From the IMG/VR virus record IMGVR_UViG_3300013137_000025, positions 1 to 55,769 of that record: a stretch of DNA of 55,769 nucleotides. One strand, written 5' to 3'. This stretch comes from a virus (lineage: Duplodnaviria; Caudoviricetes). Below, one piece after another: positions 48,527 through 55,769 of the stretch (within the stretch, counting starts at the first letter, position 1; each line of letters begins with the position of its first letter). A program made the translations under genes and the position numbers. A model generated the notes under the pieces. It searched no databases. It saw only the letters and a list, made by a program, of their open reading frames with translations, and had not been told where the DNA came from.

Positions 48527-49459
48527 TTAGCCGCCCTGTGCGTGATGGCTCTTTATGGTGATGGTTACCGTTGTCCGGTAGATGGGTTTCCCCCCCATCC
48601 GGTAAACATCAAATACGGTTTGTTCCAATGCGCTGAAGTAAGAGGTTCCCATCCAGTTCCCCTCTTCTTGGAGCGCATCTTTTACTGGTTCAAGAAGATC
48701 CAAATGAAAATCCATGGCCGTATCTTTTGCCGAACCCACCTGTGATTCGATATCAAGTTCCAAAATGTTGGTAACCACATCTATACCACGGATATCATGC
48801 GACTGAACTTCGTCCGTAGGTCTGATCAATATCCGTGGCCATACAGCATTGGGACCCCATTCCTCTGAGTCAATTACCCTTATGTTCGATAATGTTGTAG
48901 CTTTCTTTGTATATAGTTTGTTTTTTATGGCAGAAACAACATCCGTGGTTGGAGGATTGTCAACCATATCGGTAATTGGTTGATTGCCCATAGCAGGGAG
49001 CGACTCCCTGCTTATATAAGTTACCGGGAGAGAAACATTATATAAACCAGATCCATCTATAGGTTTCCCATTATTGTATTGTATTCCTCCAAATTCCATA
49101 GAGAGAGCGTGTTTCGCACCATCTGAATCCACGAGAAACTGATTCCCCCTTATAATATCAAGGCAACTCTCTATTATTGTCTTGGCCTGGTCAAACCCTA
49201 CCCTTCCTCTTGCATCGAAAGTCAGGGCATGGATATCTATAGTCCTTCCAACTACAGCCCTCCGGCTACTTCTGTAAGAAAGAACTTCTTCGCTCACCGG
49301 AACGATGGTGATACACGGGAAAATCGGCTGAACAGGTAAGATCCCTCGCTTAACCTGTCTAACACCAACAATGTCTCCACTTGCACGAGATGCGTCAAGC
49401 ATATCGCGAACAATCACTACAACATTTTTCATTGTTGTGCAGTGGTCTGTTGCACTCAT
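48527..49459 (-). CDS. Tail terminator-like protein (apparently two tandem domains)
   Basis: Position; repeated P.I.I.P..E motif (FPCITIVPVSE / WPRILIRPTDE). Confidence 0.55.
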   Translation of the reverse strand: MSATDHCTTMKNVVVIVRDMLDASRASGDIVGVRQVKRGILPVQPIFPCITIVPVSEEVLSYRSSRRAVVGRTIDIHALTFDARGRVGFDQAKTIIESCLDIIRGNQFLVDSDGAKHALSMEFGGIQYNNGKPIDGSGLYNVSLPVTYISRESLPAMGNQPITDMVDNPPTTDVVSAIKNKLYTKKATTLSNIRVIDSEEWGPNAVWPRILIRPTDEVQSHDIRGIDVVTNILELDIESQVGSAKDTAMDFHLDLLEPVKDALQEEGNWMGTSYFSALEQTVFDVYRMGGKPIYRTTVTITIKSHHAQGG

Positions 49460-49460
49460 G

Positions 49461-50126
49461 CTATTTCACCGTTCCAGCTGTCCTGATCTTAAACCAAGAT
49501 TTTCTCCTGCTATACTTATTTGCTGTACGCTTAGTGCTTGCCGATGCACTACTCATTCCGCCAACAACCCTCCTGCGAAGAGAGGCTGTATGCCTTGCAG
49601 CGGCAGACATGTTTATCATCGCTGATGTCATTACGATATCCATTATCAAATTCTTTTGATTATTGGTAAGAAAGAAGAATTCTCTTCCAGGGATCTTGAT
49701 GACGTTCCCATCACCAGTGTTTATACCTATCACGTCGCCAGTTGGTCTATTATGCATAATCCACTTCTTCATAGTCAAAGCGTCACTTCGTCCAGGTGTG
49801 ATTACATATGAGTTTTTATGAATTCGTATATTAAGGTTCTTTGTCGCGCTATCGAATAGCTTTCTTGTCCTTATAAGTCTCGGATCAGACGAAGGATAGC
49901 CTCCCATCTCACGATCTAAACGAGTAGTTTCAGCAAGTGGATCCCATGGCAATCCAAACGAATCAACTTTCTGATGGAAATTATATGCTATGGACTCCCT
50001 TACTATGCTCAATATTTGTTGACCAACCTTGTGCCCAGTTGGTCTTCCAAGTTGCTTTTTGAATTCCGTAAGAGCAGCCCCGATACCATCTGAAACACTT
50101 ACCTTCATTCCACGTTGAGACGCCAT
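49461..50126 (-). CDS. Virion morphogenesis / tail completion protein (Mu gpG-like)
   Basis: PWDPLAETT, LIRTRKL.DS, HN, IPGREF motifs. Confidence 0.8.
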   Translation of the reverse strand: MASQRGMKVSVSDGIGAALTEFKKQLGRPTGHKVGQQILSIVRESIAYNFHQKVDSFGLPWDPLAETTRLDREMGGYPSSDPRLIRTRKLFDSATKNLNIRIHKNSYVITPGRSDALTMKKWIMHNRPTGDVIGINTGDGNVIKIPGREFFFLTNNQKNLIMDIVMTSAMINMSAAARHTASLRRRVVGGMSSASASTKRTANKYSRRKSWFKIRTAGTVK

Positions 50127-50941
50127 TACCACGAAGGTCCATAAATAAAGTCTACATAAGTCCCTGCGGACGAGTCATCATATGATGTCCTTGCATTATC
50201 AGCATACTGGCTAATATCAATTCCATAAGAATCGATCTTATACTCGATCCCTTCCGGAGAGATGTCTCTGGTTGAGAAGGTTCCGAGCCGAAGTCCATCA
50301 TCGGCATACGGGCGCTGCATTCTTCGCAGTAGATCCATAGCCGCTGTATACATTCTCCTGCCTTCTGCTGCCATCTCCTCGGATACCCCCTCGAAAACCG
50401 ACATGATAGCTACTGCGGTAGATAGCTTGGCCGAGAGGGCCACTACCAGAGGATCGAATCGATACGTAGCGACATACAGCACGTCGTCTGCCACAGCAGC
50501 GCCAGACCAATTAGCGAGAGGGATATCAATCTGGGTGCAAGAAAAATTGGCTTTAGTATTTCCAGATCCCTTATCTCCAGACACTGTCCCATAAACGTTA
50601 TATCTTGAGGTATCAATGAATGTTATGGTCCACAATTCCGTAACAGCAGAAGTCGTTGGATTGATGTCAGACAAAGCAATATCACCAGAGTTTCTTACGG
50701 TTTCCCCTGTGGTTTCATCGGTATACGGATAGAGTTCCTGTGGAGGTCCGTTCCATACTCCATCCGAATTCAGAAAATCAGCTGTGCCATTGGGATAGGT
50801 ATTTCTAAGAGCTGAAATGATAATGGGGTCTTCTTTTTGGATGAACTGTATAATCCTCGAATTACTCCGCACCTGAGTAGTGATATACTCAGAAAGATTC
50901 CGAACATCCAGAGGGGTACACAGGTTCTCCCTGAGAGCCAT
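50126..50941 (-). CDS. Head-tail adaptor-like protein
   Basis: Start MALRENLCT with GAAGG RBS; position; helical N and C termini. Confidence 0.55.
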   Translation of the reverse strand: MALRENLCTPLDVRNLSEYITTQVRSNSRIIQFIQKEDPIIISALRNTYPNGTADFLNSDGVWNGPPQELYPYTDETTGETVRNSGDIALSDINPTTSAVTELWTITFIDTSRYNVYGTVSGDKGSGNTKANFSCTQIDIPLANWSGAAVADDVLYVATYRFDPLVVALSAKLSTAVAIMSVFEGVSEEMAAEGRRMYTAAMDLLRRMQRPYADDGLRLGTFSTRDISPEGIEYKIDSYGIDISQYADNARTSYDDSSAGTYVDFIYGPSW

Positions 50942-51104
50942 TCCTTCGCCTTCTTTTCTGTCGTTACTACAGAGCAACCGATTCGGCGTGATGCCGAGTG
51001 CGGTTAAATCAGGAAGGATTTTTTGGCACCAGGTATCAAGTACCTGGTAATTGGAGGGTGGCACCTTTCGATGCCACCCCTTTGCTACTCATCCTAACTA
51101 CCTA

Positions 51105-52040
51105 TCAAGTGGCCAGAGTACCCAGAAGCGGCCAAGGAGCATTCAGATGGTCGCCGCAAGTGATCTTGCAGTTTATGCCCAGTGCCGTGTTGGCATCAAT
51201 AACCCCAGCGCCAGCCTCTGTAGCGTTGGCGTCGGAGATCATCATGCAATCAACGATCTGGACATCGTCACTGTCGTCGTCGATGCACTCCCCCACAGCG
51301 CGAAGCACGCACCCACGGATCATGCTGCCCATGAGGGTGCCATTGGCGATCGTGATGCACTCTGTCGCCGTGATGTGGCAATTCTCGATGAGCAGATCAT
51401 GAGTAGCCGCAGTTCCCTCGATGCTGATGCCAACAGCAAAGATGTTAGACATCGAACCAGCACCCACGGTAATCAGGCAATCCTGGATGCGAACACCAGC
51501 GCAGTTGGTAATCTCAAGAACCTTACCAGTAGACCCGCCTGCCGCCGCTGTAAAGGTACAACCGATGAACGAAATACCATGGCATCCAGCCGGGATAGCA
51601 AATATATCATTCGTGGCATGTTCTTGCTGGAACCCGCAATTGAAGAACCGGCATCCAGTTGCACTTCCGGCCGTGGGTCGCGTTGCAGCGATGGTGTGGT
51701 ATCCGATGATCCGAGGGAAGGGATACAAGTCGGAGCCCACCCCGATTACATCGCACTTCTCGGGAAGGATCGTCAGGTCCTCATCGATCTCCTGATCCCC
51801 GCACACGAAGATCCGGTTCCGTCGCGCCCACCACCTGTTGGCGCTAAGAGCGATGCTTGTGTTGCTGGCTGTAATTGCCTCTTCCAGCGTGGCAAAGGCT
51901 TCGTCCCATGCCGTGCCATCACCAGAAGCAGAAGCGTTTCCGTCTACAAAATAATCCTGGGCACCGTAAGGATTGGGGAATACGACAACATCTGCCGTAA
52001 CTCGCGTTGTTTCTATTCCAGCGGGAAAATTGGTCGCCAC
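51105..52040 (-). CDS. Beta-helix (pectin-lyase-like) virion protein, possible head fibre
   Basis: YFVDG..GDGTAWDEAFATLEEAI and repeated I.NC.I strands. Confidence 0.7.
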   Translation of the reverse strand: MATNFPAGIETTRVTADVVVFPNPYGAQDYFVDGNASASGDGTAWDEAFATLEEAITASNTSIALSANRWWARRNRIFVCGDQEIDEDLTILPEKCDVIGVGSDLYPFPRIIGYHTIAATRPTAGSATGCRFFNCGFQQEHATNDIFAIPAGCHGISFIGCTFTAAAGGSTGKVLEITNCAGVRIQDCLITVGAGSMSNIFAVGISIEGTAATHDLLIENCHITATECITIANGTLMGSMIRGCVLRAVGECIDDDSDDVQIVDCMMISDANATEAGAGVIDANTALGINCKITCGDHLNAPWPLLGTLAT

Positions 52041-52054
52041 GTTCGGGCCTCCTT

Positions 52055-52369
52055 TTATTTGGCCATGCTCAGGACTTGCAATACGGTGTTAAGCGCAGTA
52101 ACTGCTGACACAACAATCAGCACGCCTTTTCCGATGCCTGTCCATTGATTGATTTTCTGTTCTATCTGCGCCATCCTGGCATCGTTCTTTGCCTCACAGG
52201 TCGCCTGCCTTGCGTCAAGCGTATTCAGTTGTTTAGTATATCCCTCTATCCTGCCAAGAAGCTGATGCAGGGAGCCGTGTATGGCAATTAGGAGGCTGTG
52301 GTCGCTGCTGCTCTGTTTACCGATCATATCTGCAATGGACTGCAACTCCCCTTCTTCGTTATCCATCAT
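52055..52369 (-). CDS. Coiled-coil protein with C-terminal TM (XhlA/holin-like architecture)
   Basis: Coiled coil then GVLIVVSAVTALNTVL. Confidence 0.55.
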   Translation of the reverse strand: MMDNEEGELQSIADMIGKQSSSDHSLLIAIHGSLHQLLGRIEGYTKQLNTLDARQATCEAKNDARMAQIEQKINQWTGIGKGVLIVVSAVTALNTVLQVLSMAK

Positions 52370-52637
52370 ATTGCACCCCAAAGGTGGCCCCCACTCCAGC
52401 CAGTGCCGACACGTAAACTCCCAGTGTTGCGTCTATGCCTCCCGGAAACGTCAACTGCACAGTATTGGTGTTTGCCTTAGCTATCGCGGATGCGATCTTA
52501 GCAGGAGTTCCGCTCCCATCAGCAGAATTGACAACCGTGATACTTGCATCAGCAGCAGCAGGCGTCACGTAGACACTAAACACCTTATGATGCCCAGCCC
52601 TGATTACCCCTGTCCCAATAGGATGCGATACCTGCAT
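52359..52637 (-). CDS. Hypothetical virion-associated protein
   Basis: GGAGG RBS; small beta-rich ORF after capsid gene. Confidence 0.65.
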   Translation of the reverse strand: MQVSHPIGTGVIRAGHHKVFSVYVTPAAADASITVVNSADGSGTPAKIASAIAKANTNTVQLTFPGGIDATLGVYVSALAGVGATFGVQYDG

Positions 52638-52758
52638 GCGAGCCAACCTCCCGTTACAACTGGGGCTCCCTCAAAGGATGATTAGTCCCGGAGAGAGGGG
52701 AGAGGGGGCCCCATGGGTTTTTGGTCGAGTATCCCCTCTGCCTTACTCAACCATACAA

Positions 52759-53922
52759 TTACCCAGCGTAGGCGTTGTAGATTACGAACCGGTAATCTTC
52801 GCACCCGACACCCAGCATCATGGAACTCCACCACGAACCAATGATGTCACGGCGAGGATCGCCCATGTCATCGTGAACCGTGCGCGGCTGCCAGACCCAC
52901 TGGAGGATCGTCTGGCGAGCGGGATCACCGTAATACCAAGCGGTTGTCGAGGGGAAGAATGGAGTCGTCACAACCTTGACCGAATTCTGGTAAATATTCC
53001 TATCTCTCTCTGCCGAACCGAGATCATACTCCTGAGCCACGAAGAACTGAATCAGGTCGTCGCGCATCAGGTCGTGACCGAACACCACCTTCGGGCGCGC
53101 AACGACATACTCACCCTTCTCGTCCTTCATGCCGGAGAGCAGCTTGCGCATCGCCTTGACGGTGCTGATGCTGGGCAACGAGGCGGTATACGAGTTGTCG
53201 TTCGCGTAGGTGTCCCACGAGGCGTGGGTGTCGGCATACATAGCCCGGCGAGTGCCGTTGATGACCAGGGCCTGGGAAGTCCCTGCAATATCGACCTCGG
53301 ACCATGCCGTGTCAGCAAGGCGGTAGGAAACGAACGTGGAAACCAGATTCCCGAGGTACTCACCATTCGCACGAGCGCGCTCGACCAACTTTCCGGTCTG
53401 GTCAAACAGGACCATCTCACGGGTCATCGAAACGCCCTTGCCGAACTTGAAGTTCGGGATGGTGATATACTTCTCGCCAATCTGGATCTCGCTGTAAGGG
53501 GCACCCTCTTCCGTGAACGACCCACGGTCACCAGAGGTGGTACCAGCGTAGGTCTCGACCGGACGTGTCGACTCGCGCTGGGTCACAAGCTGGAGGATGT
53601 CGTCGGTCGCAAGTTCGTACTCGCGCATAAAAGTAGCGTTGATCAGCGAGGTGGTAATGGTAGGGAAGGAACTGGAAACCATGGCCTCGCGCAGTTCCGA
53701 CACGCTGGACATTCGCACGTCCAGATTCGGGTTCTGCTCAAGCACCAGAGCCTGGAAGCTCTCCTGGATAGAAATATCCTCGGGCTTCACAGTTCCGTCG
53801 GCTACCCACTTGCGAACATCCTCAGCCACAGCGCGCTGAGCCGTCCGGATATCAGAATACGTGTTCTTGTGGGCTTCCAGCAGTGCCTTAACCGGACGCC
53901 CAACGCGACCCAGTGTGATCAT
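52759..53922 (-). CDS. Major capsid protein (HK97 fold, Mu gpT-like)
   Basis: EGAPYSEIQIGE, KFGKGVSMTREM, TAWY, GVGCEDYR; strong codon bias; position. Confidence 0.9.
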   Translation of the reverse strand: MITLGRVGRPVKALLEAHKNTYSDIRTAQRAVAEDVRKWVADGTVKPEDISIQESFQALVLEQNPNLDVRMSSVSELREAMVSSSFPTITTSLINATFMREYELATDDILQLVTQRESTRPVETYAGTTSGDRGSFTEEGAPYSEIQIGEKYITIPNFKFGKGVSMTREMVLFDQTGKLVERARANGEYLGNLVSTFVSYRLADTAWSEVDIAGTSQALVINGTRRAMYADTHASWDTYANDNSYTASLPSISTVKAMRKLLSGMKDEKGEYVVARPKVVFGHDLMRDDLIQFFVAQEYDLGSAERDRNIYQNSVKVVTTPFFPSTTAWYYGDPARQTILQWVWQPRTVHDDMGDPRRDIIGSWWSSMMLGVGCEDYRFVIYNAYAG

Positions 53923-53940
53923 TCCATTCTTCTCCGTATG

Positions 53941-54363
53941 TTAGGCGCTGACTGCGAACAGCTTAGCCAATGCCGGGACGTTGATGTAGACTCTGATCGA
54001 TGTCGAGGCAGAAGCATAATCCTTCGCAGCCCAAGCGATGGTATTGGCGCTGCCATCAGCAACAACAGTGTTCTTGGCTGTATACTTCAAAGCATCAAAG
54101 GCATTGTAGGTAGCAGACGTGGCTGCGCACTGGAGCATACCAACCAGCGCCAGGACAACCTGCTGGGGAACACGCTTGTCGGCATCATACTGATTCAGCA
54201 TGAACCCGGCAAATGTCGCATCCTCAGTATCCGCGTCCATCAACACCGCCACTCCACTCTCGAAGCTAACAAAGTCACCGCGCTCCAGGTCAACCGTGGA
54301 ACCGGGAACGGTCCACACGTCAGCCGGATTCGAGGGCTCCATCAGGACGACAGACTGTGCCAT
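53941..54363 (-). CDS. Head decoration / capsid cement protein
   Basis: 140 aa between scaffold and capsid genes; GDFV motif. Confidence 0.65.
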   Translation of the reverse strand: MAQSVVLMEPSNPADVWTVPGSTVDLERGDFVSFESGVAVLMDADTEDATFAGFMLNQYDADKRVPQQVVLALVGMLQCAATSATYNAFDALKYTAKNTVVADGSANTIAWAAKDYASASTSIRVYINVPALAKLFAVSA

Positions 54364-54391
54364 CTCTTTCTACTCCTCTTGTTTGGTTTGG

Positions 54392-55735
54392 TTATCGACC
54401 CAGGGCGTTCTGGAAAATCTTCTTGCGCTCGTCCTCAGCAATCTCTTTCTGGGACTCGCTTGTGGTTGCGTCGGTCGCGCCCATATCACGAACCGTGACA
54501 ATCTTCAGGCCCTTGCGTTCAGCGACAAGCGCCTCAATGGTGGCCCACTTCTCCTCACCAACATCGATCAGATTCTGCACAAAGGCATCCGTGCGAATCG
54601 AAGCATCGGTGATGTTCGCAGCAACATACTCCCGGACCTTCGCAGCGAAGGCGTCGGCCGCAGCCTTCGCCTCGAACTCGGCAACCTTCGCCTCAAGCTC
54701 GGAAATCTTCTCGGCATCCTTGGCCTTCTCGGCCGCAGCAGCCTCCTCAGCAGCCTCCTCAGCAGCCTTGCGACCCTCTGCAACCAAGGCCTCGGCCAGG
54801 TCGGGATGATCGCGCTTGAGCGTCTCCAGATCCATCTTCTTGTTCTCCTTTTCAGGTTCAACCGCTTGTGCGCTTTCCTTAGTCCTTCCCCAGCGTCCAC
54901 CGGCCGCAGGGATCATGACCACATCGACAGAATGCAGAGCAACCACCTCTTTCACAATTCGGCCGGTACGGCCTTCCATCTCACCCTCTTCCACTTTGGC
55001 GAATCCGTCAATCGAAACACCAAAAAGATGAAGGGCATTATTTTTTACTACATAATCAATTCGCTCCTTCAGAGCATCACCATCAGGATACTGGAAAATG
55101 TGAGCCGTACCAACAACAGCCTCAGTATCTACCAACTTCCCGGATTCGATAACAAGATTCCAATCACGAGGATCCCGCTGGTGATCTCCATGATTAAAAT
55201 ATCCGCAAACCTTGTTACTGGCAAGCCTGGCTATATCATCAACAGATTCCTGGGTATAATAATTACCATTCAGAGACCATCCCTTTTTGATAATCTGGAC
55301 AGGGACGGTATACCCTCCGGCCTCAGAAACCTTGAATTCCTCGGCCATCACAAACCCGACACCGTCTTCCTTTATGCGAAGCCCGGTAGACGTATCTACA
55401 GCAACGCTCTCTTTGGTTGTTTTGGTTTTCTCTGGATCGATACAGGCATCAGCCTTGCGCTTAGCCTTGTTTACCGCATTAGCGTGAAGCGGAAGGTTCT
55501 CATCATATTCATCGTCAGACTCTTTCCTATACCAGTAGATTTCATCATTGAAGGCCTGGATGTAATCTTCTCGTTTCCCAATTGGAAGAGCTTTTACATT
55601 ATCCGGAAGTCGAGGATCCTCGGTGCCCATATACATTTCTTTAACGGCAACCTCAACTTCCTCTCGTGTCCAAGAATGAGTTTCTCTGGCCGGGATGAAA
55701 GGCCTCCCAGAAGGATCAAAACAAACCTCAGCCAT
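54392..55735 (-). CDS. Prohead protease/scaffold with N-terminal ChaB-like segment
   Basis: GWSLNGNYY, FNH, GVSI, SVDVV..PAAGG protease motifs; MDLETLKRDHPDL scaffold; LPDNVKALP..YIQAFN ChaB-like. Confidence 0.85.
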   Translation of the reverse strand: MAEVCFDPSGRPFIPARETHSWTREEVEVAVKEMYMGTEDPRLPDNVKALPIGKREDYIQAFNDEIYWYRKESDDEYDENLPLHANAVNKAKRKADACIDPEKTKTTKESVAVDTSTGLRIKEDGVGFVMAEEFKVSEAGGYTVPVQIIKKGWSLNGNYYTQESVDDIARLASNKVCGYFNHGDHQRDPRDWNLVIESGKLVDTEAVVGTAHIFQYPDGDALKERIDYVVKNNALHLFGVSIDGFAKVEEGEMEGRTGRIVKEVVALHSVDVVMIPAAGGRWGRTKESAQAVEPEKENKKMDLETLKRDHPDLAEALVAEGRKAAEEAAEEAAAAEKAKDAEKISELEAKVAEFEAKAAADAFAAKVREYVAANITDASIRTDAFVQNLIDVGEEKWATIEALVAERKGLKIVTVRDMGATDATTSESQKEIAEDERKKIFQNALGR

Positions 55736-55769
55736 GGTGACGCCAGACTCTTCTATAAATACAGAAGCA

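Noticed and set aside
51051-54498. 365-aa and 620-aa plus-strand ORFs
   Set aside because: Antisense to the beta-helix, capsid and decoration genes; a by-product of codon bias, no motifs

Overview
This window is a segment of a large tailed dsDNA phage genome, probably siphovirus-like (long tape measure, tube genes, no sheath seen). It reads in genetic code 11, and the host cannot be determined from the sequence. The minus strand from 55.7 to 19 kb carries a co-oriented virion module: prohead protease/scaffold, decoration protein, major capsid, head-tail proteins, two tandem paralogous tail-tube genes, tail chaperones with a -1 frameshift, a 2115-aa tape measure protein, several fibre/receptor-binding proteins and a holin. 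From 6 to 19 kb are nucleotide, repair and hypothetical genes (PAPS-reductase-like, SLOG/DUF2493, ThyX, RecA, HslV-like protease, RNA ligase, dNMP kinase). The most unusual part is 1-4.3 kb: a leftward array of small genes punctuated by ten copies of the 15-bp palindrome TTCTGAA(A/T)TTCAGAA. Most copies sit at a gene boundary directly in front of a ribosome-binding site, and some supply the upstream gene's stop codon. A strand-polarised CCGAATT heptamer is also enriched there, and one cassette resembles a Crn4-type ring nuclease. Other candidates are a highly structured ~140-180 nt RNA at 8.1 kb, an orphan TnpB-tail/omegaRNA-like remnant at 31.1 kb, tail-module proteins with signal-peptide-like N-termini, and a repeat-flanked insert in the tape measure gene. 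All family calls are by eye, without database searches.
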